NCBI GenBank assembly: GCA_035084275.1 | Contig: CM068759.1 | Location: 4,402,001 to 4,466,000, forward strand | Length of the DNA: 64,000 nt | From: Hydrolagus colliei | Lineage: Eukaryota | Direction of reading: 5' to 3' | Shown here: one piece after another, positions 26,444 to 38,250 of the stretch | How the letters are laid out: every line of letters starts with the position of its first letter | Position numbering within the stretch: position 1 is the stretch's first letter | Made by a program: the position numbers and the translations under genes | The notes under the pieces: generated by a model | Told to the model about the DNA's origin: nothing | Databases searched by the model: none | Seen by the model: only the letters and a program-made list of their open reading frames with translations

Positions 26444-26591
26444 CCTTCTGTTCCACCCCAAACTCTTTTACCTCCCCTTTGTGTTTCACCCCTTCCCAAA
26501 CATTCCCCTCCCAGCTCGGGTCACACACCTCCTGTGCAGCGCCTTGGGACGTCCTCCCGACGCTCTATAAATGTAATTTGTTGTTGTTGTT
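26444..26591 (+). mobile_element. L2 3' UTR fragment
   Basis: Close match to the reverse complement of 21668-21820 (gtgtttcaccccttcccaaaca..cagctcgggtcacac..gcgccttgggacgtcctcccgacg..ttgttgttg). Confidence 0.9.
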
Positions 26592-27189
26592 GGTATAAAC
26601 ACGGCCACATTTCTAGCAGGTTTACCAGCAATATGTTTTCATGCAGTGATTAGACATTTTGCATCCCGCCTCCCCGCCCCCCCCACCCTGCACCTGCCAT
26701 TTAATGTCCAGAACACACAACAGCTAAGCGATCTTCCACATCAATTTGACACGCATGTGCCTGAAGCCCTGAGTTTTGGCTGCACATTTTCTGCTGCAGA
26801 TGTTAAAAACTGTGGTATTATAGGCCGTTTTGAGATTGGAAATGCCCAGGAGGTTCCATTCATTTCCACTGCCAGTACATTAAATCTGTTGCACAAACCT
26901 GAACTAGATTGAATGTTTTTAAACAACATATGTTTGGGCTTCAATACTTACACGCAACACATGACAGATGCAGGTTTTCTACGTTGCTCTATGACTGTAA
27001 AAGCAGGCAGTTGTGCTCGATTTGTGATCGGTGTTGAGGTGATCTGCGACAATTGTAATTGTGGCAGTCACTGTTGTTTGGTGAATTTTCCAGTACAGGA
27101 GCAAAGTGCTGACAATACATTAAGAGCTTTAGCTGAGTGCCAGAAGTCCCTGCTTCTTGCCAACAAGAAGCTTTCCTCTGAATGGATTT

Positions 27190-27420
27190 GTTTGGTTTAG
27201 GTACAGCCTCAACGCCAAGGCAGCAGGACAAAAGGCCACCGGTTTGGATTGTGAAGGGCAATTTCAGGACAGAATTTACACAAAGGATAATTAATGATAG
27301 GAACTTGTTACCAGGAAAGATGGTTTGAGGCCAGGACTTGTAGATACGGCTTGATGTTGTAATTGCGCATGGGAGGATAGGTAATATATCAGGTCACTTT
27401 ACAACTCCTTACGTCTCAGG
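27190..27420 (+). mobile_element. CR1 LINE 3' fragment, degenerate
   Basis: gcaggacaaaaggccac..tttacacaaaggataattaatgataggaacttgttacca resembles the CR1 ORF2 end (RTRGH..FTQRVINxWNxLP). Confidence 0.55.
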
Positions 27421-29949
27421 TATATGTCTCAACAACCGAATTGGGTTCTGCTTCCACTGCTTAAAAGGCAACTCAACTCCATTCCTACGCACCACCAACA
27501 ACAACAACTTGCATTTATACAACGCCTTCCACACCGGGCGGCGTCTCAAGAGCGCTTAGGAAGGAAGACCAACGCTTCATTCATAGATCAGCAACACAAA
27601 ACAATCTTCTTCTACATTAATGATAATCACTCAGAGCCAGCCACTGACACTTGACAACTCAAACTACACTGCAGGTTTCCAGGTTGGGCGCATTGCTCAG
27701 CAAAGCGAAACATTTCTGTCCAGATCAAACGTGGCATCTTTGTAAGAACTGGGAAAAGCCAGTGCCAGAATCGGAAAAAAAAAACCACATTACATTACAT
27801 TTCACTGAATAAACAATGAAAAGAAAGGTGGTTACTAGCTTCCGTTTTTTTTCTCACATAGAATTATTCAATAGCTCTCAATGACTAACGGCGCAGTGAA
27901 GAACAAGTATGCAAGACTAGTGGAATGTGGGTGGGATCCAGGAAAACACTTCACTACATAGCAACTACTGTGCAACAACACAAGTCGAACTGACCAGCCA
28001 CTGTATTAGTCACACAGCACAACATCAAGAATAGATTAATGTGAAGTGGGCGGCAATATTGTGTTGCTATTTGGTGTTTTCCTGGGTTTCTTGCCGGAAG
28101 CTTCCCCCAAGCTGGAAGTTACAGAGCTATAGTCACTAAACAGGAGTCCCAATGCGGTTTTCATTAAAGGATAAAACACAGAATTGCTGAGTGTCAAAAC
28201 AACAGGGCTACTTGCAAACTGGGCCCTCATTAGTTTTTTTCCTTTAGTTTGTTCCAGAGTTAAAGAAAATGATCAAAAGCTTTTTAAGTCTGTCTGGCAC
28301 TCCAGTGAGTGGATAAGAAGCATTGCAGATAACTGTGCACAGCAGTTTACAAGAGCTGTTTATGGACAGGAGGAAGCCTTGTTAAGCAATGTAGTGCTTA
28401 ACAATACTGTGATATATCATGCGTGTTTCATTTTTTCCACTCACTTTTGCAACTGTAAATGCTTGGTTTGTAGGAGATCAGACATTCTGGAGGCAAACAG
28501 CTGGAAATAGGAGGGGAGAGAGTGGATGGTGTGGGGGTTGTGGGGGTGGGGGGGGGGAGAGGAGAGGAGGGAGGAACTGCCAGATTGGCAGAGTTTCTCA
28601 TGTGGAAAAGAATGCTCTCAAAGGTCCCACTACAGAATAAGAGCAAGCCAAGCCAGAAAGCCCTGCCAGAAATAACAAACAAAAAGGCTTTCCCCATCCT
28701 TCCCGGGCAGTCAGCACCAGTGTTTTACAACGGTTGCCATAGAGCCTACTTTGCTATCATAACAAATTTGATACATCCAGTTATAAAAGAGTGCACTGTA
28801 TTTTGCAGACTTGAAAATTAAATTTGTGTTGTTTTGAAACAGCTCCAGCTTACTTCTGTCTGGGTGCTACAGACAGGGACTCCCTGATTCAAAGCTGCAA
28901 TTTCCCTTTTTCAGCACACATGGGCTATTTTGATGGCCATTGAAACATAACTGAAAGTAGTCAGGTCTCTATTCAATGCTCAAATCACTTCACAGTGTAT
29001 TTAAGGGGAAGTATCCCTTTTGCTTTGCCCATCTAGGGTGTCATTCAAAGGCATCAGAAATTAAATCTTCTCTACATACCTTATTAAAGTGCTCCAGCCT
29101 TTGGAAGAAGTCCCATGTAGTTTCTGTAAAAAAAATTCAGTTTCACTGTTGCAATGTCATTTTTGCAGGACCTCAAATAAAGCTGGTGGCTGTGTTTGTA
29201 TAGCACCACATTCATCTCGTTTTGATTAATTATATGTACAATATTTTAATCATTATTATCAGCAAAAGAGTAATGTTCCTAACTAGCCAATCTAGACCAA
29301 TAAAGAGAACTGTTTCTTTCAATTCTGTATTCAAAGGCAGCATCTATAATGCTGTAATTTGGCTCTATTTAAAAAAATCTATGTAACAATATTCAGCAGC
29401 AATATTAGAGCTGTAATATTGGCTTAAATTGATAAAGTACAGATGAACGGAAACAAATGGTGATTTTAAAGTGTTCAACTAGCTCATTATAATTGAATCC
29501 AAATGACTGTAATAATATTGGATTTGGACGGTTAGATCTTTAGTGTCAAAAGGTGAATCTCGACCTGAAGGGATGATAATAACCAAGAGTTGCTACACAA
29601 AGTTTACAGTAAATTCCACAAGCCAATCAGTAACCAGGTGATGATGCCAACTTCTGCCCATTTCACATTGTTATGCTTTGACCAATTTTCCAGTACTTAA
29701 CCAGGTGGCAATCTCATTGGGGACAAAGCAATGACTCGGAGGTGGTTGGAGTTCTGGAAGTGAGAGTACATTGAGGCAGTGGTGATCAATCAATATCTAA
29801 TTATATTTTTTCGTTACAAGGGCTAGAAAACAAATGGATTCATATTCTCCCCCACTCCCTCCCAGGAAGGTAACTACTTCAGCTGAGGGAGAGTTACTGG
29901 AGGATACAATGGGTATTTAGAAGAACACAGTCGACATTTTGGTAGACTA

Positions 29950-31820
29950 TTGATGAAAATGGAAGCTATCGGTATTCAGATATACTGAAGGCAAACTGCA
30001 TAACCTCGAAGGCTGAGAATAGTTGCTTTAAACCAAAGGGTAAAAAATTGCAAGGACCATTTTAAATGAAAAAGAGACGTAGTGACGTGTAGAGAAGAAA
30101 ACTGTCCAACACTAACCAAGAAAGAACGCAAAGAGGAAATTATAGCAATGGAAATTTCTCAGGATATCAAGGAGCCAAGATGAGATTTTTCTGGAATATA
30201 TTCAGTGTAAACTGCTAAAGTAGTTGAAAAGTAAAGTCCAGGGGAAGGATACAATAAAGATTCTTCAATTATACATTTCTCAGTTTTCATGAAAGCGAAC
30301 AGTAAGAGTACCCCAAATTCTTCCAATTAAATCAGAGCCTTCCAATTAGGTTTAACCATTACACGTGAAGTGAGAAGAGAGATTGTTATCACAAAATTGA
30401 AAGCAAACAGAGTGACTGAATCTTGTGAGATGCTTCCTAACCTATTAAAAGAAATTAAAGAGGAAACTGGAGGCGTAGTAGCAGAAATATTTTGTTGCAG
30501 TTTGGTGATGAGGAAATATCAATGGAATGGAAAACTACCATAAGATTTGAAAATGCGAGAGGCAAAACTAGATCAACAGACCAGCTTCACTCCGGTCAAA
30601 TGGTAATTAACTGGACTCTTGTAAAAAGCACAGTTCAAGGTCATTCTGCTAAATGGAACATGATAACTTAAAAGTTGGAATAGATTTGGGAACAGTAAAT
30701 TGTACCTGCAAGACAGACTGAATCAATCTGATGCTCACACATCCACTGTGCTTAAAGGATGATGCATTGGATACACATCAACATTTTGTACTTGTATCAC
30801 ACCTTTAATACGTGATGAAAATCTTAAAGTGTTTAATAAATTTAATAGAGAATACCGAACAGGGAAAAGGGAACTGAAAAATAATCAAAAGGACAATTGA
30901 ACGGGTTGTTTTTTCATGAAGGTTTAAAGGCACAGAAAGAAAACAAGGATAAAATATTTCGAAAGAGAATTCTAGAGGACGGGCGTAACCTATCCACATT
31001 ACAATATCTCTGAATGCTTGGCCACCAATGGTGAGACAGAAGGAGTGAATGAAGAGTGAGCATTGGACCAGGTTTGGAAGAGCAAAAGGTATGAAAGGGG
31101 AATAAGGCCCAAAGAGATTTTATAGATAGAGCAGGAAAGACCGAAAAGATATTTGAAGGGAAGGGTAAGGATCATAAAATTATTCTGCTGAGCTATTGGG
31201 AGCCAATGTAGCTTGGTAAGATCAGATATAAGAGGTGTGTAGATCTTAGTGCCGGTGAGAACAAAGGAATATAAAACCAAAGGACACATAGCAACGTCCT
31301 TTGGAAAGAAATCCAAGGAAGCAACTCTTATTTTGGTAGTATCTTATTTAGTTACGATACAACACAACTGTTACATGACCTGGTATAAAGGTAACTAATT
31401 CTAGGTAAGTTCTCCTCACTTAAAAGATTCCAGCTGCTCACGAAAGAGACATTAGGAAAAACACAAGTAAAATGAACATTGGTCTGAGATGACTGAACTA
31501 CAGAAATTGGTTATTCTCATGGAGTAAGAACATTAAGGGAGAATAACATATTCATATATTGATATGAAGAACTAGTAAATTAGAAATGAATACTCTTAGT
31601 GTGTGCAGGTCATAGTGCATAGAAACAAAATGGTCACAAGATTTGCAGAAAGGTCAAGGGACAAACAAAGAAATTAGGTATAATTTCATCAGATAAGCAT
31701 AAAGATATGCAATTAGATAGCGGTAAGGTAGTTGATGCATAACAGATTGTGTTTAAAGAAATGCAGAACAGATTTGTTGAAACTGAGTTTGATGCATTTA
31801 TGCCGCAGGATGTAATACTG
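29950..31820 (+). mobile_element. Highly decayed CR1 LINE ORF2, interrupted by an L2 fragment
   Basis: Degenerate motifs FFWNI, FSVF, LKAN..MLPNLLKEIKEE..VVAEIF..SL and EWK resemble the CR1 linker/RT start; CR1-like 3' end at 31450-31820; many stops and frameshifts. Confidence 0.6.
31000..31285 (-). mobile_element. L2 ORF2 C-terminal fragment nested in the CR1 relic
   Basis: ORF 30999-31316 contains TPLISDLTKLHWLPIAQQNNFMILTLPFKYLFGL, the L2 LHWLP..FK motif. Confidence 0.8.
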
Positions 31821-32267
31821 TGTGTATATATAAAAGGCGAATTTAGAGGTAAACATATCAAGGAAATTCAAGTTCAAATAGAAGACAGGAAAGAATGCAG
31901 TGCTGTGTGGTTAATTGATTCAGTAGTCTGTCGAACATGAGAAGAGAGTGGGTGGCAAAATGGCTTCTTTCTCTAATTTGATACAGAAGAAGGTTATAAG
32001 ACAGGTACCATTCCTAATCTGAATTAGGTGGCAGAGTAATCATAGGCAGGACATTAGGAGAATTTGTGTACTTCACGGTAATGCAATGGGATGTTAGCAC
32101 ATCTCCCAAAGCACCAGAATAGGAGTGAAATAGTTTCCACTTTGTTATAATGGCTAACATTAAGAATCCTGACACATCATTCTAACAATTGCAAGAGACT
32201 GACTGTAGCACTCGATCAATTTAAGACATAGTTTAGGACATGACATGTACATGGGATGCCAGGATGA

Positions 32268-32560
32268 TGGAGTCCTGTAGCTCAGTGGTTGGAACACTCG
32301 CCTCGCAAGCAAGAGACCTGGGTTCGATTCCCGGCAGGCCGAAACTTTGGGGAAGTGCCATTACTCCACATGCCTAATAATAGTCTCTTAAGAAAAAAAA
32401 ATTGGTCACCTCAATCCACGGCAATTTGTGGGACACTGCTGTGCGCAATTGGCTGCCTGCTGCGTTCGCCCACAAATATACAGTCAATTTCACTGTACAG
32501 TACATTCTGTGAAGTACTATAAAGCACTATATCAAATGCAAGGATTATTATTATTATTAT
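32268..32560 (+). mobile_element. tRNA-Ala(CGC)-derived SINE, full length, short variant, apparently inserted in a CR1 3' end
   Basis: A box TAGCTCAGTGG, anticodon loop CTCGCAA, B box GGTTCGATTCC, (ATT)n tail; CR1-like terminus ttcttacgttctta follows at ~32610-32624. Confidence 0.92.
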
Positions 32561-34529
32561 GATTGATGGAAGAAGAACTGGGTGGACCTTAGTTTTCATT
32601 TGACAAGCAATTCTTACGTTCTTAAATCATATCCCGATGGAACTGAAAAAGAGGAAAGTTCAAAGAACTCGCTGTCCTACAACTCTGCCTGAGTAGTGAT
32701 CCAAACTATCAGATATTTTCTCTCTCTTCATTGGGAGCAATATGATAAATATCAGTCACGTGCTCACCACGGTTATGGCTGAGTTCGGCTGATTTAACAT
32801 AGACCGAGCATCATGGCTGGTGTCTTCCTGGTTCGCAGCTCAGCGCCACATTTTGCCCGCTAAGCCATAAGAAGCCAAGAAGAAGTAAGTATGTCTAACG
32901 GGGTTTAAATAGCTGCACACAAATTGGATTTCTACTCTGAAAGAGAGCCAATGTAAACCCACAAATGGTACACTATAGATTTACATGCACACGGCATTAC
33001 AATAAAACAGTGAGACTTTGCTACTTCTGTACACTGCCATTACCACCAAGTTCTGTCAGATCGTAAAACTCCAGGCCTTACATAGTTAGCTTTACCACAG
33101 AAGCTTTAACAGAATAATAATGAGCTCCATAAAGTCCTTTGAACAGTGCCCAGCTTCAGCATCACTTTGATCATTATTCCAAAGAAAGGAAAAATAGTGC
33201 TTTTGCAGCAAAATAAGTTTGCTTAAAATATGCAAAAATATTTAAATTACTTCGGATGAGGGTATTATCAGAATAGGTTTAAAAAGCGTAATGATGCACT
33301 TTTTTTAACAAAAAGGGCTGAATCATTTTGGAATAAACTCAAAGTGGAGGAATCCAAGTTATGAATTAACTCTAATTTCACGGCAATGTTTTTTTGGATG
33401 ACATGATTGAAACTGCAGCAAAACGTCATTGCAGAAATGGCACAACTTTCACAGCAAAAGTGTGATCCAATGGAACTTCTATCCTGTAAAGAATCTTTAA
33501 GGGGATTTACCTGCGATAACTTTCCCCCATTCACCCTACTGGTTGCTGTGCCCACACAATGGGATCCACCCAATTTCTGCAGTTAACATCCTCTGCAGTA
33601 CTTCACCTATCACCCACGAATAGGGCAGTTTGACACATTTGTGAACCAGCTACTCAATATAATAACTGCTACCAAGATCAACAGCACAGAGACTCCCCAA
33701 AAAAAGGTGCAAAACACAACGTTATTGGAAAAATTATGAAACAACCTTCCATCTCTGCCAAGAGAGGAAACCAGAATGAACTCCTGACATTAGACCTTTC
33801 ACCTATTTTGCTTTCATAAATTTCCTCCTCATATTACAGCGCTAACGGCCATGTTACAAGAAACTCTAGCGATGTGTGGGTTACCTGATAGAAGAGAGCA
33901 GTGTGAGTGGATGCAGGGACCTGCTCTTAGCAAGAGTTCATCTCTGATTTATGTATTTCCTGCTTTAGTGAAAGGAGTCATTGATTTAAATACTTAAATT
34001 CAGTGACCTTAAGACTCGGGTATCTGACACCTGGGATTATGATTATGAGATTATGCTTCTCATTGGAATGTAAATTGTTATTTCAAACCCAGGTTAGCAT
34101 TGGCCAGATGTTTCTCTGATTGCAAGCAACTGAATGGCTGGTGTATACCCAACTGAGGTCAAGACTTGGAGCGTTTACAGCTAAGAGAAGGGGGAAAAAA
34201 TTTAAGGTGAAATTGAATGTTTTGCGGTTCAGTTGAGTTGTCGCAAATTGGGCAATCCTGAATCAAGAGGAGGTAATAAGGAGAGCCACTAGCAATTCTC
34301 ACAAAAAATCCTGATGTACAAAAATAAACAGTTCACAAGCAGTAAACCGGGTTGCACACAATGTAAAGTGCAATGCAGTCCGTGGCGGTTCATCAGTTGG
34401 CAACTATGGAAATCCCCAAAGTTAGGTCTCAACATGATTAGGTGATGAATCAGAGAAAACAAAACACCTTTGAATATTAACACTATCTGGCATTCAAACA
34501 TAATACCATGGGGCATAATCTGTGGCATA

Positions 34530-34645
34530 AAGTGAGTTAACATTTCAGGTCGATAACCTTCCTCCTTCCATAGATGTTGCCTGACCTGTTCAGTGTTCTC
34601 ATCGATATTCAGATTTCCAGCACCTGTAGTATTTTGTCCTTTTTT
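34530..34645. repeat. Fragment of a Penelope-type terminal repeat common in chondrichthyans
   Basis: gagttaacatttcaggtcgataacctt..agatgttgcctgacctg..tcagatttccagcacctgtagtattttg; recognised from memory. Confidence 0.5.
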
Positions 34646-35094
34646 GTGTGAGTATTTAGGTTCAGTTCTCTCAGGTCACGGCTTCTTTCTCATCTACCGA
34701 CTTTGAAGGATTCTTGCCTACCTTTTTTTTTCCAATTAAAATTATATCTCAGTTTCAGATTTGCTATTGGATAGCAAGTAACGGATTTGCATATTTTGTA
34801 GCGTTCAATAATGTAATATTTGCTCATGTTGGGAGAGAACGCTGCAAGAAAGATCTATTCATTCTAAGTATAAATGTTAGAAACAGAGGAGGTCTTGTAA
34901 TTAACAATCTACTGTTTCATTGGGTTAAATCCCTTGGAACAGAAAACTATCACTATATTAAAGGTCACTGCAGTAATATCACTGGTGATGTATTTGATGT
35001 GCAAAAAGCAATAAGGTCAGATTGATGCAGTGTGTATTATTTGACTCTGTTTGTTAATCAAATCTCAGAGGTAATAATCTCCTTCCACCCAAAA

Positions 35095-35272
35095 AGAATG
35101 TGGTCACTCACTCCATGACTGTTTGTGGGACATTGTTTTGCGCAATTGGCTACCGCGTTTCACCCAGAAAAAACATAATCAATCCACTTTACAATATGTC
35201 CTGTGAAGCACTTTTGAGTCATATCAACAATGTGATACAGTGCTACATCAATTGCAAGGATTATTATTATAT
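35095..35272 (+). mobile_element. SINE 3' half
   Basis: ccatgactgtttgtgggaca..gcgcaattggct..tgcaaggattattattat. Confidence 0.85.
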
Positions 35273-36868
35273 AGGGCTATTCTTTTGGACAGCAAGTTTA
35301 AAGTAATCTCTTACTGTCAGTTGCAATAGCTCATCTTATATAACCAGATTGCTGTAACTTAATCATCAACAAGCAGCAGCAAAGGACAAATAAAATGTTT
35401 TCTTTATTTTGAATAATAGAGCAGCATTTTATATAGATAATTGTGAGGCGTGAATATAAAATACATCCCATCTACTGGTATTAGATTGAGGTGGACCGTA
35501 TCTAACAATAAAATGATTACATTTATTTAAATGATCGTTAATGATAAAAGTCTGATGTAGTTCGATGTGAAGCTTCTTAAGTTCCATTTTAGCAAAGCAT
35601 CTCAAACATCATCACCTTGCCATACAAAGCTGAAAGACATCAGTTTGATTGCATTGGCGGAATGTGGAAGTCGGCACAGTTTAGGAGTAAATGCATTTGC
35701 TTCAGCCTCTAAGCATTTTATATGTCATTTCTTCATGTAGTAATCACCTTTAAACAGGACATATAAGTGGGGATTTTTAGCAAACTCATCTGAAATATGA
35801 TTATTGAAAAAAAAGGAGGGTTTTTTCCCTGCCAAACAGTAGGCACTTGGACTCTCCCTGCAGACTGTGGATTATTTCCAGCTGTCCGGAATGTATTGTG
35901 TGGATCAGCAGATGCTGTAACAAGGCAATGTATTCTGCTCAGTGTTATGTGTAGCTGCTAACAATGGGGTTCAATGTGGTGATGGGAGTCACCAGTCTCA
36001 AACGATGACCTCCAGTCGAAAACTGAAAGTGCATCACACCAAACTGTGACAACTGCTCAATTTGTAGATGTGACTAAATGACTGATTTCAGGGGGAGTTT
36101 GCGGACCAATGGACTCCAGTTATGCTACCTCAAAATAATACACATGTGTTTATTTACTAACAATGCTAATAAGGGGAATATTCATAGAATGACATAGAAG
36201 GTTACAGATTGGAAAACAGGCCATTTGACCCATTCTGTGCCCGTGTTAATACTCTACACAAACCTCCACTGGTCCTGTCCCTTTCCTATACCCCTCTGCC
36301 CCCTTCTTCCTCACAGATGCATAAAGTTTCCTCTTAAATATGTTGATGAAAGTACTTCACCCAAATACATTCAAAGGAATGATCACTTCTCAATGAGGTA
36401 AGGACCGTTTTAGGTACCGTCACCTATTAAAATAGCATTTAAAACTCTGTGGTTGACAGCATGTTTAATAATCCAACAGTGTGTTAATAACACTTTGGCT
36501 GTGCTCTGTAATGCTATTAGTCAAATCTCAAACCACTTTATTGTGTTGAAAATATAGAAGATTTTTTTAGGACATAGATTCAGTCGACTGGAATTCAGAT
36601 GGTCCAAATCCAAATTCTGAAATAAAGCAGAATGAATTGCTTGCAGGGAAAGCAACTTTCTGTATTTGCAGTTAATATGTGCACATCTTTCATCACTAGG
36701 CCAATGGGGATTGGTACATCCTTCACCACTCAATCACTGGGGAGTGAATGTATCCTTTAACATGAAGCTGCCAGCAATGAGAGAATGAATGTATTCTGAA
36801 CTGCTGGTCTACAGAAAGCTCAGAAGCATATATTTCCTTGAAGGGAACTTGGACACTGCGACGTTCAG

Positions 36869-36930
36869 CAACAACAACAAAATTACACTTGTATGGTGCC
36901 TTTCACGTCAGCAGGACATCCCAAGGCACT
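36869..36930 (-). mobile_element. L2 3' terminus only
   Basis: caacaacaacaaaattacacttgtatggtgcctttcacgtcagcaggacatcccaaggcact. Confidence 0.85.
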
Positions 36931-37699
36931 AAGAAAACTGAATGTAATTCTCTCTCTCCCCAAACTAGACTGTTGAAGAATGTGGACAGATCAGTGGATG
37001 CCCCCAGACAATGTCTGAATTGAGTGAACCCTTTCTGTCTGTCTTGGTTGTAGAGTAGCTGAGCCAGGCAGGTTTGTAATACTCCAGGGGACACTGATGA
37101 CAGCCCAGCTTATTGGCAGAATTTGGAAAGTCAAACTGTGAACAGGGATTCTTCTCACTCAGCTGTTAACCTGCAAGCTAAAATCCTAATCATAATGCTG
37201 GCCAGATACGTCTTGACAGCGGCAAGCTATACTGGTTTAGGTTATTGAACTCAATGCCCCCAAAACACTCACAAGCCTCAGTTCTTGCCAACTTGTATGT
37301 ATTACTCCCAGGAAATGGATAAGCGGGATGTCTCCCTCCAGAGTGAGGGTGCACATTCCTTTCGGGCCACGGGAAATGTCCATGTCATACATACACATAT
37401 GTGGAACTCTCAGTCTGGTTTGGATATTCTTAAGCAAAGAGATGGGGTTCTGCATGTGTCAGATACCCAGCTGACTAGAAAAAAAAACATGCTTCATAGC
37501 AAGTAATGCCACACTATGTTTATTTAGCTACATGCCCAGCTCAATGAGTGGCAGCCCTGTTAATATCAGTAACAAACAGGGCCTACAGCAAAATAACCAA
37601 CGCAAATTGTGGAAAGCAGCAATACGAGTCATCCATCTCAGTGTTTGACAATCTATTGTGCCATCAAGCCATAGAGCAACCAGCCCAGGATTAATTACA

Positions 37700-37860
37700 C
37701 TAACAGCTCACAGGAGGAGATTTACCCGATGTACTTTCACCTCCACAACCCTGGTTATGAATCCAGGTCAAGATCGTTAGGATCGAATCTTTCTTTTTCG
37801 GATGCTTTGTTAAATTGTCCAAAGTGAAATGAGTTTGGGCATTTTCACCCAGTTCTCAGC
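37700..37860 (+). mobile_element. LF-SINE-like ancient SINE fragment
   Basis: Ordered blocks ctttcacctc, ctggt..gaatccag, gtgaaatgagtttggg and cccagttc match my recollection of the LF-SINE 5' half. Confidence 0.5.
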
Positions 37861-38250
37861 AAAAAAAATGTTGTTGTTGAAGGTTACATAAAACTGCTAG
37901 ACTTTGACAAGAAACTCTCATTCTCCGTTAGGAAAGAGGGTTTGGGAAATGAACCTTTATGGGCAGTGTGGGGAGGTAAGATGGCTTTGTGGTGTTGCAA
38001 TACATTTTTACAACTATTCAGAGAAAAGTTTACTCTGCATCTAATCTTTTTCAACATTACTGGATGCAGTTGATGCTGATGAAAAGGTTGAGGGGGGTGT
38101 GGGGAGGAAGGAACCAATGTCCTAGCCCTATTGTACTATCATCCCTCACCTTGATAATTACACAACACACAAGAGCTATAGAAATAAAATGTTTTGGGGA
38201 CGTTAGTCACACCAGTGCTTTAAAATCCGAAAATTGGATTGTTTTCTTAC

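Noticed and set aside
32268-32345. tRNA-Ala gene (also at 640-713, 6196, 24290, 44976)
   Set aside because: Anticodon and T arms are present, but I see no proper acceptor stem, and each copy continues into the same SINE body; these are SINE heads.
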